From Octopus bimaculoides (taxonomy: Eukaryota): DNA of 64,000 bases. The notes under the pieces are model-generated. The model was not told the origin of the DNA and ran no database searches. It worked only from the letters and a program-made list of their open reading frames with translations. Positions 39,501-54,200 of the stretch are shown here, piece by piece. Location of the stretch: the NCBI RefSeq assembly GCF_001194135.2, contig NC_068981.1, positions 55,508,450 to 55,572,449 on the forward strand, in the 5' to 3' direction. The first letter of the stretch is position 1, and every line of letters begins with the position of its first letter. A program made the translations under genes and the position numbers.

Positions 39501-42500
39501 ATGGCAAAATTCCACTTATGGGACTTCCTTCAAATGTGATGTGGGTTCCAAAATATTCTGGAAGTAAGTGTAGCTTTACATATTGATCATTCTTTCCAAT
39601 CTTAAAACCTCTATAACTAGGAGTTGCATCAATTGTTCAAAGAAACCTTATTCTTACATATATCAGATTGGAGCCTGGTGTAACCATCTGGTTTCACCAG
39701 TCCTCAGTCAAATCGTCCAACCCATGCTAGCATGGAAAGCGGACGTTAAACGACGATGATGATGATGATGATGATGATATAACACTATATGGTCTGAAAG
39801 CTAAAGAGTGTTTAAAGTGAACTACTGATACATTACTTTTCAGATTCTCAATAATTTAAAACTTATGACATGCTCAGACCAAGACTGTTGGTCAAAGCTG
39901 TTACAAAATGAAAATAAGGCTAATAATTATATTAGCTTGCAAAAGATATTAAGATAAAACCTATGATGTATTTTTGCATATGTGAGAAGCATCCTTATGT
40001 TAAAAATAAAGAATTATATTTTATTGCAGTAGTATTCTCTTCCATATTTGATTGGAGGTTTAAATATTGTACGTGCTTTTGGATGCATGTTTCTAGAACA
40101 ATACCCTCTGAAGAGTCTTTTGTTAATTTTAATGCAGAAGTTTAGTATATTTCCCTAATTAATTTTGTATCTAGTCTTTCAAAATTTGAAATGATAGCTA
40201 ATTAGTTCATTATGTTACATGTTTAGCAGTAATAAAAATGTCTTAACAAACGAAGCCCTTACTTTTATAATACTTGCTTCAATGTGTTTCTTGTAAAGGA
40301 AAACTAGTTTTTATTGTCTTGTCTGATGCTGTTTTCCAAAATAAGCTTCTGTATTTTACCTCTGATTTCATAATTCTTTTTTTTTTTTTTATTGCAAATC
40401 TTTTATTTTCACATTTTGCAGTCCATTTGAAAAACACCTGTAAACTTTACTGTCGTGCATCACATGGAAATGACTATTATTTACTAAAAGAACAAGTTAC
40501 TGATGGAACTAAATGTTCTGAAGATACTTTTGATGTTTGTGTGAATGGAAAATGTCAGGTAAACTTACTTATAAAACAGTCATTTAGAGCTATTTTTATA
40601 TGAATTGTTTCATAAACAAAATTTTTGCATACTTTCATTCTATTTCACAATGCAAGATTACAATTTTTCCAGTATGTTTTTGAAACAAATAACTTATTTT
40701 AATCTTTCAAGATTTGAAATGATAGCTTATTAGTTCATTATGTTATGTGCTTAGCAATAATAAAAATATCTTAACAAATCAAACCCTTACTTTTATAATA
40801 CTTTGCTTCAATGTGTTTCCATAAAGGGAAACTAGTTTTTATTGTCTTGTCTGATGCTGTTTTCCAAAATAAGCTTCTTTATTTTACCTCTCACTTCAAT
40901 TGTTGATCTTCAATTGAATTCTGTTCAACTTCAGATGTCCAAAGTATGTATTTAAATATTCTTTGGCTGACGCAAACTCAAAATGTTTTAATTTTTAGAT
41001 GTAAACATAGAAAAGCTGTACTATTTTATAGAATTGTTCTACTGAATAGGAGCTATCACTGCTACTCTGCAAATAATTGAAACAACTTCTGTCACAAAGC
41101 AAACAGACTTTTACTATTCACAAAATAATCATCATTCATTGAAATATCATCCTCATCATCATCATAATCATTGTTCTCTTTACATCTGCTTTCTCTATAC
41201 CAGCATTGGTTAGGTGAGAATTACTGAGGTAGTTTTCTAGTCACTCTGTAACTTCTACCTATTAATAAAAAAATATTTATTATAATTACTAAATATATTG
41301 GGTTTTGATAATCTAAAGGAACAAATCCATACCTATTTGTCCCTTGCATTGAAAATGAGATAGAAGGAAACTACATTTTATTACACTTCATCACAAACTG
41401 CTTTTTATACATTATCATACAGGTAGGCCATTTCGTGTAATTATGTTGGAAAATATTCCAGAAAGTTTGCAGTGGATGTAGGCTTATTGTAAGATTGACT
41501 TTCCTGCTAAATGTGTTATTTGATTGGAGCCTCTAATTGGTAAAATATTGATAGAAATTTATTAGAGCATTGTTATATTTGAGGATGCTCATATAACGCG
41601 TGTGGTTAATTGGCAAAAAAATATGACCATCCCCAAATATAACAATATTTGTTTCAACACACGATTTCACATCAGGAATCTTGCAAAACAAATACATAAA
41701 CATTAGAGTAGTTATTTACTATTTCTCTACAGTAATTCTTTTTTTTTTTTTTTTTTTTTCAGAGAGCTGGATGTGATTACCAACTTGGCTCTACCATGAA
41801 ACGAGACCGTTGTGGTGTTTGTGGTGGTGATAATTCTTCTTGCAGAACAGAAACTGGCACACTAACTTACACAAAATATGGTAAGTGAAATTTATTAGCT
41901 TTGCATACCTTTTAACTGATAAAAGATAATGTTAGAATAATATTTTCTTTTATTAGATAATTATCTTGGTTAATTTATTTTGGTAATTTATTTATGGCTC
42001 TGCAAAACATCAATTAATAAACTAAGTGTTTGTGGATGAAAATATTTCCTAATATTAACTGTTCAACAATAATGCAGATCTATACTAATTTTTCAAGAGT
42101 TGCAGTCAATCAAGTTGTTTGATGGCTGATCTACTGGCCAAAATTTTTATCATACCATGTGTGCTGTTTTATGCCTCAATGAAACAATGGCCCACCCAAA
42201 GCCACTTTAACTAATATAGTGTGAATGAACTAGCAACTTCATTCACACTATGTTATGTACTACTGTTATGCAGTGTAACACATCTTGTGGCATATCTGTT
42301 GCTAATTAACATATCATAAAGACATTATCTAAATCAATGGTTCTCAACCTGAGTAATAGTGAATCCTTGAGGCCATTGTGAGCTCACATGGGACAGCAGA
42401 TGGTATGCTGTGAGTGCTGCATGTTTAGAGGGGTTGTGATTTTTATCTTAGAAATAAAATATTTAAATCAAGTACTCTTTATTATATTTAAACATATTTT

Positions 42501-45500
42501 CAAAAATAAATCTTTGTTGGGACTAGAATATGACTAAAGCATTGTATTATCTATGAGTAGAAACATGATTGATGATGTACTCAAGTCCAATGTAATTTCA
42601 TTTTATAATTCTTTGCTTTTTTTTAGTAATTTGCATGAAAAATTTTATGTAGAGGTACTAATCCACACAAATATATACAAAGATGAGAGAGTATAATAAA
42701 ATATGAACACACCAGCACAAAATCAGCTTCTATTTGATTTAAGGGTTTTTTAACTTGTTAGTTTCATTATTACTATGACTAAATGTTGTTGATACATTGA
42801 AATTATTGCTTCATGTTCAAATTGAACATTTACACACATTTTTAGCTTAAAATAGAATCCAAACTGCTCTAAAGAACTACTGTCTAAAACATCTTTAATT
42901 GTTCCTAATATATTTATATTATATTATAAACTTCACACGCTACTTTCACATACTCAACGCGCACTTGAAATGATGAAATAACTAATATCAAATTGTTTAC
43001 ATATTTAATAAACATTATAATTTTATGACATTGAAATTATTTTTTAAAATGTCTTATTGTTGATATCATTTCATGATTTGTTTTAAGCCATTTTTCATTA
43101 CAATGTACTTTTATTTATACAGGCTACAACAAAGTTGTTGATATTCCTGCTGGTGCCAGCAGTATCCATGTATCCCAACGTGGCAATGGTAAAAGAGCTG
43201 ATGAAAATTACCTTGGTATGTAGTCTGGAGATTATTAAAAACTTACAAAAAATGCAATTTGTTTCTTACTGTTGAGTCTTATGTATTTGTTGTTTCAACT
43301 GGATATAGTAACTGTTGTGATTTAAGAGACATTTATCTGCTATTTCTAGTTAGCTGTGTGATAGCTTAGTGGCACTCTCATTTAGTAATTGTTTTTGTTA
43401 GCCCTTATCAGGTCTCCTTGAGTATGTAAATGGATTCAGTGCTGGCTGACAAACCAAGACATTCAAACTGAGCTAAAGTAATAAATTTCTCACCATGATG
43501 ATCTTTATTATAATCATTCTATTTGAAAATTTAAGTCTTAAAACATGTGGTCCTAGTTTTAATGATGACAGAACATTTGTTAGAGATATTTAACTGTTAC
43601 ATTGAGTTAATAGAGAAAAGTTGCTCTACTCATTTGCAAACATTTGGAGCCATCTACTTCAAAAATTAGGTGAAATTTTCATATGAATAAAGTTGTGGAT
43701 ACACATTTTCCTCCTTTAGGTATATTCATTTTATAATGTATTATCACATTACTAGTAATTGAAATTTGTGTTAGGTAGTCAAGTTCTTTGGGATCAGATA
43801 CAGAGAAATTGGCTTTTTTATGTCATGCCACGTAAATTCAAAACAATTTGATTCCAGATTTCTATGCTCAACAATTATTTATGCTTTTATATTTTTTTTT
43901 ACACAATAATTATTGCATTAGAAATAACTAATTTGATTCCCTTAAACTTCCAGCACTTCAGGATTCAAAAGGTAATTTTATTTTAAATGGAGATTATACT
44001 ATAAAAGAATATCATCACCGGTTTCGAGTGAAAGGTGGAAGTGTAGAATACAGTGGATCTATTAGTCCTGTTGAACAGATTAACTCTTCAAGTATCATTG
44101 AAGAACAGCTGACTGTGTTGGTAAGTGTTATTGTTATCTAATTTTTTTCTTCTTTTACCTTAATTTCAGCTGAACATTTGCCTTCAACAAACTGCTATTT
44201 CATTTTGGAGTTGAAATAATACTAACATTTATTTGGGAAGTACGTTTTTGTTCTTTTTACTATGTCCCGTATCCATGGAATTGAAACAATATGAAACTGT
44301 GAATCTTGACTTTACTAAGAACATTAATAGTGTAGGTGAAGTGTGCTGGCTTACTTCTTGCTCTATTTGTATCCTAATACCTGATATACTTAGACATTTA
44401 CTGTTAAGATATGAATCCCTTGTTTAATAACAAATTGCATCTATGGACTTTGACTTTACCTTCAGAACCAAAATATACTTGTGTCTAAAAAAAATCACTA
44501 ATTAACATATATTTATTTAGTCAATTACCTATATTTACTCTTGTTTTGCTTGCTTTTCTACTTCTAGGTTTTATCTGTGGGGTCAGTTGAGCCTCCTAAT
44601 ATTGTTTACTCCTATAGTATATCAACTGGTGAGAATGTAAGGTACTCTTGGAATGCTGATGGACCTTGGACTGACTGTGATAAAATATGCCAGGGTGAGA
44701 TATATGTTTATTAGTTCATTTTATTGTGCTGATAATTAAAGTCTAATTCAACAACTTGTATATTATTTATTAATTGTATGCTATATATGTTGGTATTGTA
44801 ATGTTAGGGTCTGCTCATTTTGAAAAGGGAACAGTCTTCATCATCATCATCATTTAACGTCCGTTTTCCATACTGGCAGAAGTTGGACAGCTTGACAGAA
44901 GCTGGCAAGCCAAAAGACTGAGCCAAGCTCCCCTGCCTATTTTGGCATGGTTTTTATGTCCAGATGCCCTTCCTAATGCCAACCACTTTACAGATTGGAC
45001 TGGGTGCTTTTCACATGACATCAGGATGTTGACTGATTAGTAGGATGCATATTGCCTTGTTCTTTCATCAGCAGACTTCAGTTTGTCTACAACTTTGAAT
45101 GAACTGCATTCATCATGATATTTTTGTTTCTGCAAATGAGTGAAAAAATATATAAAGTATTTGTTATTAAACATGGTGTATATTCCACATGTCATATATC
45201 CTATGCGCTTACTGAGTTAAATATACTTCACTTCACTGAGGAAATCCATTTAGTCTAAAACCAACTGCTTTCACCAGTTGGTTTTAGACAAGATCCATTC
45301 CAATCTGTATTGTCTATCTTGCAAAAATTTTATGGGCTAATATTATTGGAGTTCTCTCCCTTACATGTTGTTTTTCGATTTTAACCCTGCCTAAGTATTT
45401 TACCGATCTCCAAGTGGCCAGATAAGATCTCTTACACTTGCTCTACAATATCATTCTAAAAATAAACAATCACATCATTAAAATCTCAAAGCCAAGAGAT

Positions 45501-48500
45501 AACACATGATTAATTCAAAACCATATGTGTAAATAAACATTACATTTGACAGAGTAATCAAAATGCTAAAGGGTGAAGTATCCTACAAAGAGATTTTGTA
45601 TACTAATTGCATGGATAATCTCAGTAATTTCTCTGAGGCCTATTCTAAATATCAATGCATTTGGTTGAAAAAACAAAGCATAAATTATTAAAAAATTACA
45701 ATCAGTGTTGTTACTTTACTTTACAGTCTCAGTTAAAGATATATTTCAATTTATTTAATGTCACTTATATAAATAGAGATGTTTCCCTTATTGAGAGTTC
45801 TGAAGGCATTTAAACATGACATTCTTTTTAGTAAAGCCTTCTTTCTCATTTTATTTGAGTTAAATTTTCATTTTGTGTACAGCTTCACCTAATTCATCTC
45901 ATATACTGTTCTCTTTAATGTTAGTTGTTTTTCTTTAATGTTTAAGGCCAGAAACGTAGAAGAATTATTTGCACCAGAGATGATGCTTTAATAGTATCTG
46001 ATCAGCGCTGTGATGAAAACACTAAACCAAGTCAGATTATACAACAATGCAACATGCACTGTTCTATTGGGTAGATTACTTTATATCTTTTGTGCTTGAA
46101 TGGAATGTTAGCCTGTATATATAACTCTGCATATTTTAACCTAAAATTTAACCAACACTGTTGTGTGAATTGATGAGAATATATTTTATACACCTTGGAG
46201 TGTTTCAGATGCAATTTTTTTCCAGTTCTCCCAAAGGGTTTTAAATTGCCTCGTATTTTGTATGTTGTATGTTTTTGAAAATATATAAATACACAATCGT
46301 TTAGTGTGAAAATATAAAATGATTTTATTTTTGTTTTCCACAATTTGCCTACCATTCACAGAATAAGCTGTTGTATGAGTTCCAGTCTATCGTCTATTTC
46401 TCATTCGTTGTATTAGTAGTTAAAATTGTGTATAGCCAAAGAATGTGTAGTTGTCATGTATTGATGTAACTGATCCAGGATTCTTTCTTAACAGAGAAAC
46501 CCATTCTTCAGCAAGCATAAATTGTAAAGAAGAAGCTGAAAGTCTTTTGTAATCTGAGGAAAGTGACATGTAGGCCATTTATTTATTGTGATCATCAAGA
46601 TAATTTCAATGTCTATGGGTCCCTATATTAAATTTCTGCACATCATAAAGAAGAGAAAATATGTTTAAGAGTTTTGAAAGAATGAGTATTTATATAAATT
46701 TGGTTTTATATGGCCATATTATGACAGCTGATAGAGAATGAAAAAAACTTGAGAATCCAATGGCTTCACTGCATGATAGTAATATATATTTTGTGAGTAG
46801 ATCAATATGAGGAACATACTTTTAAACTTGCAAGGTAACTTTACACTAACAATGATCATGTTAACAATTAAGGAAAACTTTATACTGCTTACAATGCACA
46901 ATGCTTTCATAATAGGATTTCAGTGAACGATTTATATAACTTTTTTTTTTACAAATTTATCTAACCTTATTTACTAAACATTTTGCACCCAAGTGGTTTT
47001 GGTTTAAATATTTTCTAATCTATTAATATTTTGACAGGTTATCTTCTCTTTGATCTTTTATTCTGGCAAATTTCATTTCTCTAGAGACTATTTGACTCTA
47101 AATAAATCAGTGTACTCGAATACTGATACTGAAAGTGTCTGTGTATTTTTGTTTAGTAATAGAGAGGTAGTTTCAATTTTTATACTAGAAAAATAATTTT
47201 TAAAAAATTGTTGATATAAATGGATGCTTCAGATCTCTTAATTCTACATATCCTGACAATTCACTGAATTAATAAAAACAGTTTCAAATGTCTCTGAAAC
47301 TGGAGTAATTAAATTAGGCAATGTATTCATTTACTCAAAGCTCAGTCAATAATTCAAATTTGTTCGGTATTGCAATAATTCATTTCACCAGATAGTATTT
47401 TGGGGTTTTTTCAGTCAATGGCATATTATGCTTGATTATTAAAAGATGATTTGATCATGAATCAAATGCCTTTGATCATCAATCTGCTAGATCAGATCTG
47501 ATGTGGGGCTAAAAAACAATCACAACTAGTGACAGATTTGTGTATGCATATGTAATGCTGTCACCAGCATCCCAGAAATACAGGCATTAAGAACGCCAAC
47601 ACATGAAATAAGCATAAAAAGAAACAAAATTTATTTTAACAATGTCATCAAATGAAATAAAACTAAATGAATAGAAAACAAACATATATGAACATATCAT
47701 CATTATTTAACATCCTCCTTTCATTCTAGCATGCGTTGGATGGTTTGACAGAAGCTGACAAGTCAGACGACTTTGCCAAGCTCTACTGTCTGCTTTAGCA
47801 TTGTTTCTATGGCTGGATGCCCTTCTAATGTTAACCACTTTACAGAACATACTGGCTACTTGTTTTACTTGGCACCAGCAGCAGTGAGGTCACCAAATAA
47901 CTTGCAAGACAAGACGCCTTCAACTGAGGTGGGCTAGTATTTTGAAAGATGGCTTTGTGTTGGGTGATGAAAGGTTGAAGTATGAATAGAGGTACAGAAA
48001 TAGGTATCTTGCAGTAGAAGAGATACATGGCTGCCACAGTTGGAGAGAGAGAGAAGATTGTGACGATATGATGGGGGTGTGAGTACAGTCAAATTACAAG
48101 GGGATGTATATAGGTGAAGTGGGATGTGTGTGTATGTGTGTCACACTGTGCCTCAAGTTCTGAAGTAGTCATTGGGGTGGCAGTATGACATACAGCATTT
48201 TTAAACTAGGTGGAGCTCATCCCCTTCAAAGACTGAACACAGTCAGTTTCTTCCAGAAAGGGATACAAGTAGATAGACAGATAGGCTAAAAGAAATAGAA
48301 AAAAGAGAAGAATCAACTTCAGTATAGGACTGGTGCTTTAATTATCAACTCTGCAAGAATTAAAGGCACAGTTCACCTTGGCCAGATTAGAACTCAAAAT
48401 GTAAAGATCCACACCAAATACCACAAAGTATTTTTTTCTGATGCTCTAATAATTCCACCAGCTTGTGTGTATGTATCACAGTTAGAAGTCCTTCCTGTTT

Positions 48501-50402
48501 CCAAGCAAGGTAATAAATTTTCCTTGACCAAACATGTTATCACAGAAGATTGGCAGCATGTGACATTGCTTGTATGATGATGATACTCATCTACAACCAT
48601 TAAAATAAGGAAACAAATACACGTGCATGTGTGTGCACACGCACACACACACACATATGACAGTCTTCTTTCAGTTTTCATCTAATCACAAAGCTTTAGT
48701 CAGTGTAGGGTTATAGTAGAAGACACTTGTCCAATGTGTTACACAGGTGTATAACCCAAAACGATGTGGTTGGTACATATATGTGCCTGAAAAAAAGATG
48801 AGATGGTCAAAGTTGAAAGTCTCTTAACACAGACTGGGTAATCACACCTAAAATGGTTTTCAACAGCATTTTTAATCACTATTTATGTGCATAGTATACA
48901 TGTATTGTCTACATCAATAAAGCCAATAAAAAAGATGGCAGTCTATAACTGATCATGGAAAAAATAACAAATAAAATAAATGATATTCAAAGCACTTGCT
49001 ATGAGGAGTATATAAAAAATGCACCTAAATTTCTTTCTTAAATTGATATAATTTTTCCTTGAATGATGGGAAGATTGTCAATGAAATAAGTGCTTGTCAA
49101 GTATGGGTGGCAATTTAATTACATGTGTCCCAGAAGGTTGTGTTAATCCAGTATGGCTACAGTTCACTGAATGGAACCAGTACAAGAATTATATTAAAGA
49201 GCTTTTAGGAATCAAGTACATGAAAACATGTAAGAAAATTTATATATTAGTACATACAAAGAAGTTTATATGATAGGCTAAAATCTGAGAAGAGAATATG
49301 CCAAGCGTTGTCTGTGGTAGACTGATACATTTCACATTTCTAATATTTTAACTAAATATAAGGGTATGAATTATTAGCAAGCTGGTCAAAATGCTTAGCA
49401 GCATTTTGCCTGTCTTTATATTCTGAGTTCAAATTCCACCAAGGTTGACTTTACCTTTGATCCTTTTAGTGTCGATAAAATAAGTACCGATTAAGCATTG
49501 GGATCAACATAATTGACCTACTCCCTCCACCGAAATTCTGGCTTTGTACCAAAATTTGAAACCAATATTTTAACTAAATATCAAAGGGAACTCACAGCTT
49601 TTACTTTTTCACTGGTATTTACTTTAATTTCCCTTTAATTTGTTTTCTTCTTGTTAACAGCATTTTCAACAGTAGTAAGCACATTCCAGGGTCATTGGCA
49701 TGTTTGAATTTAATATTTAATGCATGTGTGGGTTCTTTGCATTTTTAAGGTAAGTGTAACAAAAAACACTTGGATATTTTTTTTTCTATTGTTACTGTAT
49801 TGCATGAGTTGGTTGGTTTATTTGTTAGATTAATTGTTTTTACAGCTGGGTTTCTTACTACTCACTAGGAGTAAACAAAGTTAGATGCCTTTGTTAAGGC
49901 ACAGCACAATGACTAGTAAGGTATGAGTTTTTGATCCTGCAGTTAGTACATTACTATCAACAATGGCCACAGTCAAATGACTGAAACAAGTAAAAGAATA
50001 AAACAATTCAAATAATTTAGTTGTCATTCTTTTTTTTAAAGTATTTCATCGTTTTCAATGTTATTAGTCTGTTTATCCCTTTTGTTACCATATTTCTGTT
50101 GAAATACATCTACTTTATTTCAGCTAATTTTGAAAATAATAAAGAATTTATTAAAATATCTTAGTCATTTCTAAAATCTCTCTAAGAGAGAGTTATTAAA
50201 CTTCATTTTATTAAATATCTTTCCCATTTACTTTGGAGAATTCTATACAAGCTGCCTATGAAATAACACTGTATAATGTATTGACAAACTTTACAAATCA
50301 TGTTGTAATAAGATTTCCTAATACAAAATTTCAAGAACAAACTGTGTATGTACGTGTACACGTACACACACACACACATACACACACACACACACATGCA
50401 CG

Positions 50403-50456
<54 letters not shown>

Positions 50457-51159
50457 AGCATATGTATGCAGCCAAAAAGAAACTATTAATGGTTTATAAT
50501 AGCAAAAATCAAATCCAAAATGTTTCCAAAATTTTGAACTTTATATATGAAATATATTCTTTGAATATATGAATTGTAGAATTTATGTATTATGCACCAA
50601 TGTATCTCAGACAACAGTCTTATAACATATAGGAACCTCATTAAATATAAGTGACAATTTCATTGTAAACAAATATCCAAAACAGTGTTTCTCAACTATT
50701 TTGTCTCACACTCCACTTCAAATTAAAAAGAAAAAAAATGTACAATCCATCATGGTTGCCTTTTTTCTGGGGTTTGTAGAGCTTCATTTGCATTCATACA
50801 CACATACACAACACAACACAAAACACACACACACACATGTATACTGTAGTGTACCAGAGCACTGTATACAATAAGTTCATTACCACTTCAAAGGTTCCGC
50901 TCACTATAAAACATATGTAGCCTGGATCTTTCCTACTCCATTCCGTAACTCTTGTATTCTTATTCACACACCTGGCAACCCTGGTCGCCTACCATGGAAT
51001 ATAAAAAGAACTTTTTTCAGTTTATCATTCTTTGATATGAAAAAATCCACAACCTTCCATCTCTATAAACCACTATTATCCCTGAAAGTTGTTTTTTCAT
51101 ATTTACTACAGATTGCTTGAAGCTAACTTTCTTCCTACACCTCAATCCGTGGATGTTAC

Positions 51160-51207
<48 letters not shown>

Positions 51208-54200
51208 CATCATTACTAACATACATACATTTGTGATTGCATATTTATATAGGTATGGCTATGCATATATGTGTGCATTTTGCAAGCATTCATATCATTG
51301 CTTGTGCAAATCTACATGTCTGTAATGCACTTATTGCATGCTAAATTTTGAGAATGTTTTATATTTTTTTAATACCTTTATCAGCTTGTAGTTTGCTAGC
51401 TATCCATCTTTTTTGGTTTTGTGAAGCCCAGCTTGTGAAAATTATTGGAGAATCAGTTAGTTATGTATCTGTAAGTAACTGTTTAATCTAAAGTTATAGT
51501 CCAGGCGTATGTATATGTGTATGCTTGGATGTGGCTGCATGTATGTATATCTATGCATTACATATGAATGTGTGTGTGTGTGATATTATTTGCATAGGAG
51601 TGAGCTTTGTTAGAGGGACAGCAAGCATGCTGTTGATATAGAGGAAAAGAAAATTTTGGGATACAAGAGAGTCTCATCAATGCAATCTGATTGGATATTC
51701 CCAATCATAGATTTTTAAAAAAGAGAACCCCTTAGGCAGGCAGCTTACGCAGAAGATTCTCATACCAGATACAATCAAATGCTTTTCTGATGTTATGTGC
51801 AATTATATAGTTCTTAACTCATTTCTCAAGCATAAAAAACAACCAATTCAAATGCACAACAAAGCCTTTAGATTAAAGGCGTAGAACAAAAGATTGGTAT
51901 TCTAGAAATACATATAATTTTGTTGAGATGGGAGATAGATTGCAAGATATGCAAGGTACAAAGGTACTTACTTTTCTGAAAGTTGTCTTGTAGGTATTGT
52001 TGAGTAAATTTATTCCAGTTAGTGGTAAAGAGTGACTCTCTCCTAATGTTCTAGATAATATTCTTCATCTGTACAGCAACAAATGAATCACTTGGGTGTG
52101 TTGGGCAAAGAGATTTGGTTGTGAAAAGGTTTTAAAGGGACATATCTAGGAGACTGGCTTCAGTCATTTGCTTAGTCACCTCAGAGATGTGGAACGCATT
52201 TGCTGCTAGAAGTTGAATGCATAAAACTAGTAAAGTTCCAACCAGGTAAATGGCTTTGAGTAATAGAGGACTGAAGGTGTTGTGTGGTAAGAGAAATTAA
52301 GGCATGTTTTTTTAAATAATTCAGTACATGCAAAACCATTGATGGCTGGTTTAGTAGCTGAGAAAGAAGTTGATACTTAGATTACCATTCTGTCAGTCAG
52401 GGAGAGAATGGTGTTGTGACAGATAAACTTAGATGAAAGTAGAAGAGAGACTTTGATCCAGAGAAACTATAGTTATTTACTGCTAAAATTTAGGTAATAG
52501 ATCAATGGATTCTACATACACACAAACACTATCTGTTGAGGCAAAGATAAAATATAGAGTATATGCCAGACAGGTCTGTCCCAGCGAGGAATAAAATATT
52601 GAAAAAATGTGATTTGTTCATTAGTGAAGGTTCATATTGAACTAACATTCATTGATATTAATGTAGAGAATAAAGAATTAACTTTGGAATTTTGAGTTGT
52701 TTTACTAGAGGAAGGGGAAAAATGGGTTCTTGGACCAGTTTTAATTCCAAAGTTGGAACCATTTCATTTCAGAAAAACAGCACAAATAACTGAACTTTCT
52801 ATCTTTATTTAATTTATTATGAAGAATGATACAATAAAATACCTGCTTTATGTGGTCAGTACCCACCTTACATTCTGAATTCAAATCCAACCAAGGTCAA
52901 TTTTCCTTTCATCTTTCGTAGGTTTTTCAAATAAGTACTAACAACACTGTTAGAAATTTTTGGTGTTTTGTATAAGTTTTTATGATTTTGTTCTGAACAT
53001 TAATATTTCTCTTGTGTACAGAGAATACAAACATATCTTTTAAGCAGGCGTTAATGTCCTTTTATTTTATTTTTTTGTAGCTGGAAGGTGATATACAAAG
53101 AACGGTGTTCTGCAAGATGTGGACCTGGACGTCAAAAGCAAAAAGTTCGCTGTGTAAAGACCTCTGCTACAAGTTATGAAATAACTGATGAAAAGTATTG
53201 CAACCATCTTCCGAAAACTCATAATGAAATTGTACCATGTGAAGGGAAATGTCTGCAAACACATTGGGGATATGATAACTGGTCTGTGGTAAGTCACAGT
53301 AGAAGCTTAGCACTATTCCATCAAACTGTACCATCATGGCTGTAAAGTTAAGAAGTTTGCTTTGCAACTAATGTTTCTTGGGTTCAGTTCTACTGTATAG
53401 CATCATAGCCTTAGATGGACCAGTACTCTATGATTAGACTTTGATTGACAAAAACAATTTTTTTTTCAACTGTGCTCTTGGCCTTTTCAAATCCTCTAAG
53501 ACTGGTGAGGTCATTACAGCTAATCTTGCAAATGTTCCTTTTGAAGATTTGCAAGTTGATAACTGCAAAAGACAAAAAAATGGGATTTTGAATGATGGAG
53601 GTATGAGGAATAAAACCAAACCCTGCAACATACTCATAGCACTGTGTAACATTTTTTTTTTTTTGTCTTTGGTCAGTAAGTGTTATTTCCTATTTGCTTC
53701 TATCTAGAAATCAAAGGAAATGACTAATATTCCATTCAGACTTCACTTTTGTAACTTGGACATCAATGTTTTGAAACTGATCTATTTTCCATTACATTTC
53801 AGAGTTGCTGAAGCAGAAATATTGTCATAGCAAATATTCTGCTCAATACCACAGATTTATTTGTCAGTTCATTGACCTTAACCACTTGAAGATGTCTCTT
53901 CGTGGCATCTCTGATCATGAGCAGGAGTAGTGGAGGAGTAGTTGAGAAGGATTCTTTGGGGCTTGAATAAATGTAACAAAAGCAAAGTTTGTCAGAAATA
54001 TTGGCCATTTTTCATGCTTTCTAAGGGTAAGCAAATAGGAAATAACAGTTGCCACCCAAAGACAAGAATCGTATTACACACTGTAGTTGATTCAGAGCCC
54101 TATCAGCACACATTGCAATTGAGAGAAGTACGTTACAATATAATCTGACAGGAAGAGGCCTTTTTATTTTTCTCATGAAAATACAAAACAAAAGATTTCT

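Noticed and set aside
42337-42360. hAT/Charlie-like termini (caatggttctcaacc; also cagtgtttctcaac at 50684)
   Set aside because: No matching opposite TIR or 8-bp TSD found, so boundaries cannot be supported.
50870-51140. Minus-strand fragment with CQVC and DGRLW words
   Set aside because: Too short and decayed to assign to a gene or TE family.
53400-54200. Cluster of overlapping short ORFs on both strands in intron 19
   Set aside because: No recognisable motif, splice pattern or consistent frame; probably an old TE relic that I cannot classify.
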